Source of the DNA: an uncultured Candidatus Saccharibacteria bacterium
GTDB taxonomy: Bacteria; Patescibacteriota; Minisyncoccia; Phycocordibacterales; Zambryskibacteraceae
Assembly (NCBI GenBank): GCA_964504255.1
Contig: CAZDDU010000001.1
Span: 33,843 to 97,842 of the forward strand
Direction: 5' to 3'
DNA: 64,000 bases
The position numbers and the translations under genes were made by a program. Positions 20,623 through 28,323 of this stretch are shown here, piece by piece (position 1 is the stretch's first letter; every line of letters starts with the position of its first letter). The notes beneath the pieces were generated by a model. It did not search any database, was not told the DNA's origin, and saw only the letters and a list, made by a program, of their open reading frames with translations.

Positions 20623-20669
20623 CTTGTAGTGAGACTGTTTACACTGAGCGTAGTCGAAGGGTCGAACTA
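20623..20669 (-). repeat. Nested REP-like element at the cca stop codon
   Basis: TAGTTCGAC[CCTTCGACTACGCTCAGTGTAAAC]AGTCTCACTACAAG. Confidence 0.8.
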
Positions 20670-22142
20670 CTCTACTTTGTATTTATCCTTAATCTCCTCC
20701 ACTTCCTTATCGTCTTCTGATTCATTTTTCTTTCTTGCAACCTTTCCCAACTTTATCAATTCCTCTTGGTCTAGCTTGTAGAGATCACTCACGCGTTTCT
20801 CCAGATGTGATCTTTCATTTAACTTTGGATCCTCGAGCACTTCGGAGAGCAATATTTCTAAAATGCTTCCAATGTGTGGTCCTGCGTTCGAATTAGTAAG
20901 ACTCATAATGTCTCCCCCATTCATGTTTAGTTGTTTGACAGAGATAGGGTCGCGCATTACCTGCTCTATCATCGAGTGATACTTACGCAGTCTGTAGGTT
21001 ACAGCCTTCGGTCTGCCCATGCCGGTTCTATCAGACGATCTTACATTCATAAGGTCCCAGATGAGATCTGGACCCACATTTCTTACAATTCTTCTCACGG
21101 CAGAGAGCGAAATGGTCTCCGTTTCAGAGAAAAACATGTGCCATCTTACTAGTTTGACCACCTTCTCTATCACCTCTCTTGGAAACTTTAAATCAGTGAG
21201 AATGTTTCTAGCAATTTTTGCTCCAACCACCTCATGTCCGTAGAAGGTCCATTGTCCATTAATCATCTTCCTTGTATGAGGCTTGGCGATGTCGTGTAGA
21301 AGCACCGCGATTCGTACATGAAGCGGGAATTTTTTCTCAGCAGCATAATCAAGAGAACGTATAAGATGTTCCCAGACTGTATAAATGTGCGCCTTGTTCT
21401 GCTCTACTCCGACTCCCTTCTCCAGTTCTGGAGAAATATATTTAAGAAGGCCAAGTTGTGTAGCAAGGCCAAGAGCAACAGAAGGACTGTCTGACATCAC
21501 AATCTTTATGAACTCGTCTCTGATACGCTCTTTGGATATTTGAGAGAGTAGATCCTTCTTCTCTGAGATGGCCTTAACCGTCTCAGACTCGATGGCGAAG
21601 TTTAGCTCGGCTGCGAGCCTGATCGCTCGTAGAATCCTCAGTGCGTCCTCACCAAATCTTTCATTCGGGTCCCCTACTGTTCTAATTAATTTATTTTTCA
21701 GGTCTTCTCTACCGTCGAATAGATCTATCACTTCCCCACCCCTTAGGTCATAAGCAAGAGCATTAATGGTGAAGTCTCTCCTCTTGAGATCTTCGTCTAA
21801 TGTTTTAGACCACTTAACTTCATCAGGACGTCTGAAGTCAGAGTAAGCTCCTTCTGTACGAAACGGAGTAACTTCAATCACCCGAAGGTTTTCATTTGGT
21901 GGGTTGTCATTCACTATCCCCACAGTGCCGTAGTCATTCTCGTAGAAGGTGTGTTCAAAGAGTGGAGTAATCTCATCTGGCGTGGCCACGGTAGTAAGAT
22001 CCCAATCTTTGGGCTCTTTACTAAGCAAGATGTCTCTAACGCATCCGCCAACCAAGTAATTCTCAAACTTGGTACTACTTAAAACAGATGAGACTCGACT
22101 CACCTCCTCCGGAATCTCTAATTTTTCTTTAATTCTAGCCAT
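20667..22142 (-). CDS. cca: CCA tRNA nucleotidyltransferase (class II, with HD domain)
   Basis: LVGGCVRD, DWD, RRDFTINA, EDALRILRA, LHDIAK; start moved to MARIKE because the longer ORF overlaps a tRNA. Confidence 0.93.
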   Translation of the reverse strand: MARIKEKLEIPEEVSRVSSVLSSTKFENYLVGGCVRDILLSKEPKDWDLTTVATPDEITPLFEHTFYENDYGTVGIVNDNPPNENLRVIEVTPFRTEGAYSDFRRPDEVKWSKTLDEDLKRRDFTINALAYDLRGGEVIDLFDGREDLKNKLIRTVGDPNERFGEDALRILRAIRLAAELNFAIESETVKAISEKKDLLSQISKERIRDEFIKIVMSDSPSVALGLATQLGLLKYISPELEKGVGVEQNKAHIYTVWEHLIRSLDYAAEKKFPLHVRIAVLLHDIAKPHTRKMINGQWTFYGHEVVGAKIARNILTDLKFPREVIEKVVKLVRWHMFFSETETISLSAVRRIVRNVGPDLIWDLMNVRSSDRTGMGRPKAVTYRLRKYHSMIEQVMRDPISVKQLNMNGGDIMSLTNSNAGPHIGSILEILLSEVLEDPKLNERSHLEKRVSDLYKLDQEELIKLGKVARKKNESEDDKEVEEIKDKYKVE

Positions 22143-22147
22143 TTCAC

Positions 22148-22174
22148 TTGGTTTACACTGAGTTTGTTGAAGTG
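22148..22174 (-). repeat. REP-like element directly 3' of tRNA-Arg
   Basis: CACTTCAACAAACTCAGTGTAAACCAA, identical to 22268-22294. Confidence 0.85.
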
Positions 22175-22246
22175 TGCCCCCAGCAGGAATCGAACCCACA
22201 TCCCTTGTTCCGAAGACAAGTACTCTATCCGTTGAGCTATGGGGGC
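22175..22246 (-). tRNA. tRNA-Arg(TCG), CCA not encoded
   Basis: GCCCCCA acceptor, anticodon arm CTTGT-CTTCGGA-ACAAG, GGTTCGATTCC. Confidence 0.95.
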
Positions 22247-22267
22247 AGTATTAGTATTCTATCAGGT

Positions 22268-22294
22268 TTGGTTTACACTGAGTTTGTTGAAGTG
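22268..22294 (-). repeat. REP-like element directly 3' of tRNA-Gly(GCC)
   Basis: Identical to 22148-22174. Confidence 0.85.
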
Positions 22295-22365
22295 TGCGGC
22301 CAGGGAGAATCGAACTCCCATCTCATCCTTGGCAAGGACGTGTTCTACCACTAAACCATGGCCGC
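22295..22365 (-). tRNA. tRNA-Gly(GCC), CCA not encoded
   Basis: GCGGCCA/TGGCCGC acceptor, CGTCC-TTGCCAA-GGATG. Confidence 0.95.
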
Positions 22366-22419
22366 AAGTATGATGATATTAGCCTAAAAGTGCTATAAAT
22401 GCTAGAGTAAATCTCTCCA

Positions 22420-22490
22420 CGGAGTGTAATACAGCGGTAGTATACACGATTCGGGTTCGTGAGACCCGGGTTCGATTCCCGGCACTCCGA
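22420..22490 (+). tRNA. tRNA-Pro(CGG)
   Basis: CGGAGTG/CACTCCG acceptor, CACGA-TTCGGGT-TCGTG. Confidence 0.95.
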
Positions 22491-22512
22491 AAGTGTATAA
22501 TCTAACCGAGCA

Positions 22513-22583
22513 CGGACTGTAGTATAACGGTAGTATACATCCATGGGGTGGATGCGGCCCGGGTTCAATTCCCGGCAGTCCGA
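22513..22583 (+). tRNA. tRNA-Pro(GGG)
   Basis: CGGACTG/CAGTCCG acceptor, CATCC-ATGGGGT-GGATG. Confidence 0.95.
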
Positions 22584-22606
22584 CAAGTTTTGGTTGGTGG
22601 TTCAGT

Positions 22607-22679
22607 CGGGGCGTGGTGTAACGGCTAACATGTCTGTTTTGGGTACAGATGACTCCGGGTTCGAATCCCGGCGCCCCGA
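22607..22679 (+). tRNA. tRNA-Pro(TGG)
   Basis: CGGGGCG/CGCCCCG acceptor, TCTGT-TTTGGGT-ACAGA. Confidence 0.95.
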
Positions 22680-22732
22680 CTGAGGCTCTAACTAGTTCAA
22701 ATAGGCCTCTAAATAAGGATATTTCAAATAAA

Positions 22733-22806
22733 GCGGGATTAGTTTAATGGTAGAATAAGAGTTTTCCAAACTTTAGGTGGGAGTTCGATTCTCCCATCCC
22801 GCACCA
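22733..22806 (+). tRNA. tRNA-Gly(TCC), CCA encoded
   Basis: GCGGGAT/ATCCCGC acceptor, AGAGT-TTTCCAA-ACTTT, ends ACCA. Confidence 0.95.
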
Positions 22807-22845
22807 AATCAAAAATCTCTAGTGTCTACTAGGGATTTTTGATTT
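22806..22845. terminator. Long hairpin/terminator after tRNA-Gly(TCC)
   Basis: AAATCAAAAATCTCTAG-TGTCTA-CTAGGGATTTTTGATTT. Confidence 0.8.
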
Positions 22846-22961
22846 ATGGGAGAATTGAACAGGAAAGGGGTCGGGAAAACTCTAGTTTTCCCGTGGAGGA
22901 AGGTTTGGGAAAACCGTGGGTTTCCCAGGAGTGAGATAGCGAAGGGTCTCCCATCCCGCAC
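22846..22961. repeat. tRNA-linked element bounded by inverted and direct copies of the tRNA-Gly 3' end
   Basis: ATGGGAGAATTGAAC (reverse complement of 22783-22797, 1 mismatch), two GGGAAAAC...TTTCCC hairpins, TCTCCCATCCCGCAC (= 22790-22804). Confidence 0.75.
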
Positions 22962-22976
22962 ACACTGTTTTGTCTC

Positions 22977-23330
22977 TTAAGTGTCCTTTTTTTCAGTATT
23001 TAGCCTATTGTCACGAATTTGGGCCTCAAGCTCCTGCAGCTTGCCCTCCCAGATCTTTTGATACTTGGCGAGCCATGTGGATACTCTCATTAAGCTGTCA
23101 GGTCGAATGTTACACATGACACGCCTTCCCCGCTTCTTAGTAGTTATGAGCTCTGACTCCTCAAGTATTCTTATGTGCTTTAGTATGGCAGGCAGTGAGA
23201 TCTTAAATGGTGCAGCCAACTCCCCCACACTTTGCTCCCCTCTTACTAACTCATCCAAAAAGTGTCTTCTGGTTGAGTCAGATATGGCATATAACATGCG
23301 ATCTAGCTCTACTTTTTGATACTTAACCAT
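22977..23330 (-). CDS. ArsR/SmtB family transcriptional regulator
   Basis: AISDSTRR, SVGELA, ISLPAILKHIRILEESELI, KRGR. Confidence 0.93.
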   Translation of the reverse strand: MVKYQKVELDRMLYAISDSTRRHFLDELVRGEQSVGELAAPFKISLPAILKHIRILEESELITTKKRGRRVMCNIRPDSLMRVSTWLAKYQKIWEGKLQELEAQIRDNRLNTEKKDT

Positions 23331-23342
23331 ATGGTTAAGTAT
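23319..23342. promoter_or_regulatory. Probable ArsR autoregulatory operator (perfect 24-bp palindrome)
   Basis: ATACTTAACCAT|ATGGTTAAGTAT overlapping the start codon and -10. Confidence 0.8.
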
Positions 23343-23384
23343 ACATGAAATATGTTGTTATATATAGATAGTGTGTGAATAGTA

Positions 23385-23747
23385 TCAAAACACATTCTCA
23401 ATTACCTGCACCTTCGCCTCTTTCGTGATCATATTGATATTCACCAACACCAAATCTAGTTGCCAGTCCATGTCTATCTTCTTTTCAGCCAGGTATGTCT
23501 GTATAGCTCTTTCCAACCTTTTGATCTTCTGGGGATGCATATTCTCCTCGCCTCTAATACCAGTTTCAGATGAAACAGACTTAACTTCCACAAAATGCAT
23601 CTTACTACCCTTTTTACACACGATGTCTATCTCACCCCACTTTCTTAGATAGTTCCTCTCGAGAACCATAAATCCATGTTTCTCAAGAAACACACAGGCT
23701 ACATTCTCACCAATATCCCCAAAACCTCTTTTGGCAGTCTTAGTCAT
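23385..23747 (-). CDS. YraN family (UPF0102) nuclease-like protein
   Basis: GDIGE..A, RNY...GEIDIV, FVEVK. Confidence 0.93.
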   Translation of the reverse strand: MTKTAKRGFGDIGENVACVFLEKHGFMVLERNYLRKWGEIDIVCKKGSKMHFVEVKSVSSETGIRGEENMHPQKIKRLERAIQTYLAEKKIDMDWQLDLVLVNINMITKEAKVQVIENVF

Positions 23748-23770
23748 GTTTCTGGTGTAACATATTTATA

Positions 23771-23786
23771 TGTTTCACGTGAAATA
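23771..23786. promoter_or_regulatory. parS site
   Basis: TGTTTCACGTGAAATA, 15/16 to TGTTTCACGTGAAACA; weaker copies at 23562-23577 and 23747-23762. Confidence 0.8.
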
Positions 23787-23880
23787 TAAATATGTATCAA
23801 TTTAGGATAATGGCTTAAATTAAAGACTTTTGTCCCTCTTGTCCTAAATAATATGTCTTTTATTAACACTTTCCACACAG

Positions 23881-23889
23881 TTATCCACA
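23881..23889 (+). promoter_or_regulatory. DnaA box
   Basis: TTATCCACA, perfect consensus, intergenic. Confidence 0.65.
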
Positions 23890-23933
23890 TATAAAAGGAA
23901 ATCGCGGAATACTGGCTTCATTAAGCCATAATG

Positions 23934-24174
23934 AAAAACCCGCCCAAGGGTTACTTGAGCGGGGGATAGTCGCCTAAGCGACAAGGAAAGGGAACTCCAG
24001 TCAAAGACACTCGAAGTGGAGACGACAAACTTCAAAATATGTAGATTGGGGAAGTGTCGTATCCACGGTCTGGTATCAATAACCAGAACATCTTTCATGG
24101 GTGCGCGGCCCATAAGAACTATGCTACAGACTTCGTTGTCGAATGGGAGAAAACAACATCTCTGTCTGGCGTCT
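23934..24174 (-). ncRNA. Candidate structured ncRNA (~240 nt), family unrecognised
   Basis: -10 TATACT at 24186-24181, five hairpins, terminator CCCGCTCAAG/CTTGGGCGGG-TTTTT; G-U pairs favour the minus strand. Confidence 0.6.
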
Positions 24175-24226
24175 GTGTTAAGTATATGCTTAAAGGACAA
24201 ATAGTAAAACGCTTACTAGTAAATAC

Positions 24227-24235
24227 TGTGGATAA
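24227..24235 (-). promoter_or_regulatory. DnaA box
   Basis: TGTGGATAA (TTATCCACA on the minus strand). Confidence 0.65.
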
Positions 24236-24239
24236 CTAA

Positions 24240-25046
24240 CTATTTGATGTCCTTTAATGTGATTTGTATAGGACAGTGATCAGATCCCATAATATGGCTA
24301 AGAATATTGACAGATTGAACCTTGTCTTTAAGTTTATTTGATACAAAAAAGTAATCAATTCTCCAGCCTACATTTCTCTCTCTCGATTTATTAAAGTGGT
24401 GCCACCAAGTGTAGTGACCATTGCCCTCCGCAAACATTCTGAAGGCATCAATGTAGCCAGTCTCAATCATTCTATCTACACCCTCGCGCTCTTCTGCGGT
24501 GAAGCCGTGCTCACCTACATTTTCCCTTGGTTTAGCCAAGTCATCCTCAGTATGAGCGACATTCAAGTCTCCAGTGAAGATAACTGGCTTCTTCTCCTCT
24601 AGACAGAGCACGAATTCTAGAAAGGCGGGGTCCCATTGCTTGTGACGGAGCTTCAATCTGGTGAGATCAGGCTTGGAGTTGGGTGTGTAGCTGTTAACTA
24701 GGTAAAAATCCTTATATTCAGCCGTTATTACGCGACCTTCTTCATTTGGGTTGCCATATTCGTCCTCACTAAGCTTATACTTGGTGACAATCTCTTTTGG
24801 AAAGCCTATTTGTATAGAAATAGGCTCATTCTTAGAAAATATGGCTGTACCACTGTATCCTTTCCTAGTTTTAGAGGAATTCCAATGCTCCTTATAATCT
24901 GGTAGGTCTATTACTGCCTGACCTTGCTCCGCCTTAGTCTCTTGTAGGGCTACTATGTCTGGTCCGTACTCTTCTATTAGGGGTATAAACAAGCCCTTTC
25001 TATGCACGGCTCGGATACCATTCACATTCCATGAAATTATTTGCAT
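24240..25046 (-). CDS. xth: Exodeoxyribonuclease III
   Basis: SWNVNGIRA, LQETK, GYSGTA, GDLNVAH, GWRIDY, SDHCP. Confidence 0.97.
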   Translation of the reverse strand: MQIISWNVNGIRAVHRKGLFIPLIEEYGPDIVALQETKAEQGQAVIDLPDYKEHWNSSKTRKGYSGTAIFSKNEPISIQIGFPKEIVTKYKLSEDEYGNPNEEGRVITAEYKDFYLVNSYTPNSKPDLTRLKLRHKQWDPAFLEFVLCLEEKKPVIFTGDLNVAHTEDDLAKPRENVGEHGFTAEEREGVDRMIETGYIDAFRMFAEGNGHYTWWHHFNKSRERNVGWRIDYFFVSNKLKDKVQSVNILSHIMGSDHCPIQITLKDIK

Positions 25047-25070
25047 TTGAATACATGATATACTTTTTTT

Positions 25071-25538
25071 ATGAAGTTTATTGTTCCAATGGTCATTTTG
25101 GTTCTGGTCGTCCTCGGTGGGTGGCTATACATGAGAGGGTCAGAGTCCGCTCCTCAGGTAGTAGAGCAGGAGACTACGACAGTAAGTAATGGTGTTCAGG
25201 TCACAAAGACGGACACATCTAAGTCTGGTTCCATGCTCCCAGCTGGCTTCCCAAAGGATATTCCAGTAGAAGAGGCTAACATTAAAGATAGTTACAAGGC
25301 TTATTATGAGAAGGTTAAGGCCACCCAGTACACTGTTAGCTATGTTTCCAAGTTGAGTAAGGACACACTTTGGAAGGCCTACTCCGATTTTATGAACAGT
25401 GATAAGTACAGCGTCGACCCATCATCTTCTAGGAGCTTGGGCCAAATATCCGGGGTTATGGGTGACGATTCTATGTCGGTGGTAATAACAGCTAATGCTG
25501 GGGTGACTCTAGTGCAGATTGTTTACCTAGACAGATGA
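25071..25538 (+). CDS. Hypothetical membrane-anchored protein
   Basis: N-terminal TM, LPAGFPKDIP motif; similar to the next ORF. Confidence 0.8.
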   Translation: MKFIVPMVILVLVVLGGWLYMRGSESAPQVVEQETTTVSNGVQVTKTDTSKSGSMLPAGFPKDIPVEEANIKDSYKAYYEKVKATQYTVSYVSKLSKDTLWKAYSDFMNSDKYSVDPSSSRSLGQISGVMGDDSMSVVITANAGVTLVQIVYLDR

Positions 25539-25560
25539 TTCGACAAGCTCACCATAAATA
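25536..25560 (+). repeat. REP-like element at stop codon
   Basis: TGATTCGACAAGCTCACCATAAATA fills the whole intergenic gap. Confidence 0.85.
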
Positions 25561-26055
25561 ATGCCGAGAAACAGTAATTTAGGCCCACTTTTGATAATTC
25601 TTGTATTTTTGGTGGCTCTAGTTGGGGGTTACGCTATTAGAGAGGATAGGTGGCCGGGCTTGCCTTGGAGCCTCGGACTTGCTCCAACAAAGTTTACTCT
25701 TGAGGCCGAGGCACCAAGTGGTCAGTTGATAAGCGGCTTCCCTGAAGATTTGATAAACATGACCAAGGACGCTCGTATTGAGCAGTCAGCTATGTACTTT
25801 CTGGCTGAGGAAGTGGGTAAGTCGGAGGTTCTAACCACTACATACAAAACGAAGGCTTCTATCTCAGAGCTTTTTGCTGCATATGTAGAGAAGCTCACCG
25901 GAGAGGGCTATACAATGACGAGAACTAAGTCAGGTAGTGGTGAGTCAGAGATAGAGGCCTTCAACTCTGTTTATTCGATTTCTATAAATATTTCTGTTTC
26001 GAGTAGATTGGAGAAGGAGGTTAGAGTTGATGTGAGAAAGGCCGTGGTACAATAA
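25561..26055 (+). CDS. Hypothetical membrane-anchored protein
   Basis: N-terminal TM, LISGFPEDL motif. Confidence 0.8.
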   Translation: MPRNSNLGPLLIILVFLVALVGGYAIREDRWPGLPWSLGLAPTKFTLEAEAPSGQLISGFPEDLINMTKDARIEQSAMYFLAEEVGKSEVLTTTYKTKASISELFAAYVEKLTGEGYTMTRTKSGSGESEIEAFNSVYSISINISVSSRLEKEVRVDVRKAVVQ

Positions 26056-26095
26056 TTTGTAGATGTTAAAAGATTATTTTAATAAAGTTACACAA

Positions 26096-28318
26096 ATGAA
26101 AAGACTTTTTTTGGTGGTAGGTTTGATTGCGCTTTCTTTGGGTGTCGGCCAGGCATATGCTTGGGTCGAGCCAACTCTCGCACCACCAAACGGCAATGTC
26201 ACTGCACCTCTTCGACTTGATGCAAACGGTAGACTAGGCATAGGTATCACTAGTCCAGGAAAAATATTTGAAGTAATGAGTGAGATAGTAGCAAGAGCAT
26301 CTTCAGCTTCTGGTGGCGTTGCTTCTTCTTTTTCCTCCGACTCAACTGGTGCACAAATTTGGGTTAATTCGGCTTATGACCCTGCGAGTCCAGCTACGGG
26401 TTGGGGAAGGCGAGTAACGATAGCTCCGAACGGAAATGTTGGTATAAACAATCAGTTTCCATCTGCAAGACTTCATGTGAACCTTGATGCAAACAGGGAG
26501 ATTCGTGTGGGTACTGGTATCTCGACTGCTTTGACCGACGCATCAGTGTTCGGACCAGTACTGAGCTTCTCAAGAGGTTCGGACGGCGTAGATGATATCG
26601 CCGGAATCTTTCAGTACACAACCGCGGGGGCTGCAAACAGACTCGCTATTGCTTCGAGAGATGACATAGTTTTTGCTGCCGGCGGAGCCTCAACCTACCC
26701 ATCCGCTCCAGAAAGAGTCAGAATTACTTCAACAGGAAATGTTGGTATTGGTACGAGTGCTCCAAACGAGCCTTTAGAAGTGGCCAATTCAACTAACGGA
26801 GGTAGATTGATAGTCTCAGATGGTGCTGGTGCATCTAGAAGAACCTTACTTATGGTTTCGCCTACTGCTACTAACAACTTCGGGCGTATTGAGTCATACA
26901 ACTACGGCGCCTCTACTGGAGTGCCTCTATATATAAACAGCAGCGGTGGGGGGAACGTCTCTGTGGGCAACCTTGCTCCAACTTATAAGCTAACTGTCGC
27001 GGGAGATGTAAACGTACCAACTGGCAGTTGCTACAGAGTGAACGGTGTTTGTATTACTTCTGGTGGCATGTCTGGTAGCGGCACAGTGAACACACTCCCG
27101 TTGTTTACTGCAGCAAGTACTTTGGGTGATTCGAGACTTTCTCAACAAGCAGATGGTTCGGTGAGAACGACAAGCCCTACTGGTTGGGTGGAATTTGGTC
27201 CAAAAAATGCTGGTTTTAACCACATTTACACTGATAGACCTGCGACCATTTTCAACACAGGAGTCTGGGCTATTTCAGGAATCTTTAGTGCATACAACCT
27301 AGACAACCTTAGGCTTCAGACCAACGGTACCGACAGGATCACGGCCCTGGCATCTAACGGCAACGTAGGTATCGGTACAGCAGCCCCAACACAGCGCCTT
27401 ACGGTGAATGGTAATTTGAACAAACTCGGTTCTTGGATAATCGGAGATGCTAACTGGTCACCACAAGGACTCGAGGTTCATAATAGTTCATGGGACGGAT
27501 CATCGAACAATAATTATGGAGCTGTCGCAGGAGGTAAACTCTTTGCTTACAACGGCCTACAATCTGGTGGAGCTACTGGCGCCGAGGCAACAGACGGAGA
27601 ACTATATGTCTCTGGTCGCTCAATGCTTATGGGCAATGTTGGAATAGGAACATCCGCATCATCTGTGAATAAATTGAATGTTATACATACAGATACAAAT
27701 AACTATAATCCCACCTCAGCAGCTATCTATGGAGAACATTCGGCAGCCAACAGTCCAGCAATTTATGGAAAAAATACTGCAGCCACATCAAATGGTATAG
27801 GTGTTAAGGGAGATGGAATGATTTATGGTGTTCAGGGTTATGCTACCAATGCAGATGGAAGTGGAGTTTATGGTCAGGGAGCAGGTGGTGCGGCCGCAAG
27901 AGGTGTGCTTGGTGCGGCATCCGATGGCTATGGAGTATATGGGTTATCAAACTTTGGGTACGGCGTTTATTGCTCAGCTCCCCGTTGTGGAAGTACGGGA
28001 ATATCTTGGACAACTACATCAGATGGTAGGTTGAAGGAGAAAGTGAGTACCATTACTAATGGTCTAGATAAGATACTTAAACTTCGAGGTGTTAACTATA
28101 CTTGGAAAGATGGAAGAATTAATGGTAACCAGGTTGGGTTTATTGCGCAAGAAGCAATGAAAGTGGTTCCTGAGTCTGTGACCCAAGATAGTGATGGTAC
28201 CTACTCTATGTCATACGAAAGAATAGTTCCGGTATTAGTTGAAGCAATCAAAGAACTCAAGGCTGAAAATGATGATTTGAAGGCAAGGTTGGAGAGACTC
28301 GAAGCTAAGATCAAATAA
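26096..28318 (+). CDS. Secreted tail-fibre-like protein with C-terminal peptidase S74 intramolecular chaperone
   Basis: Signal peptide ending AYA, WVEPTLAPPNGN, repeated GNVGIGT, SDGRLKE...GFIAQE...LVEAIKEL coiled coil. Confidence 0.88.
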   Translation: MKRLFLVVGLIALSLGVGQAYAWVEPTLAPPNGNVTAPLRLDANGRLGIGITSPGKIFEVMSEIVARASSASGGVASSFSSDSTGAQIWVNSAYDPASPATGWGRRVTIAPNGNVGINNQFPSARLHVNLDANREIRVGTGISTALTDASVFGPVLSFSRGSDGVDDIAGIFQYTTAGAANRLAIASRDDIVFAAGGASTYPSAPERVRITSTGNVGIGTSAPNEPLEVANSTNGGRLIVSDGAGASRRTLLMVSPTATNNFGRIESYNYGASTGVPLYINSSGGGNVSVGNLAPTYKLTVAGDVNVPTGSCYRVNGVCITSGGMSGSGTVNTLPLFTAASTLGDSRLSQQADGSVRTTSPTGWVEFGPKNAGFNHIYTDRPATIFNTGVWAISGIFSAYNLDNLRLQTNGTDRITALASNGNVGIGTAAPTQRLTVNGNLNKLGSWIIGDANWSPQGLEVHNSSWDGSSNNNYGAVAGGKLFAYNGLQSGGATGAEATDGELYVSGRSMLMGNVGIGTSASSVNKLNVIHTDTNNYNPTSAAIYGEHSAANSPAIYGKNTAATSNGIGVKGDGMIYGVQGYATNADGSGVYGQGAGGAAARGVLGAASDGYGVYGLSNFGYGVYCSAPRCGSTGISWTTTSDGRLKEKVSTITNGLDKILKLRGVNYTWKDGRINGNQVGFIAQEAMKVVPESVTQDSDGTYSMSYERIVPVLVEAIKELKAENDDLKARLERLEAKIK

Positions 28319-28323
28319 CTTAA

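Noticed and set aside
22148-22297. CRISPR-like direct repeats with 120-bp period
   Set aside because: Only two copies, and the intervening sequence is largely a tRNA.
22143-22586. ORF-track N-terminal extension of cca and small ORFs over the tRNA cluster
   Set aside because: They overlap tRNA genes and repeats.
23844-24239. Short ORFs of 118, 62 and 61 aa in the yraN-xth gap
   Set aside because: No protein-like features; they cross a terminator, DnaA boxes and dense RNA stems.
26096-28318. Prophage tail gene
   Set aside because: Has a Sec signal peptide and sits in a pilus operon; no capsid, terminase or other phage genes.
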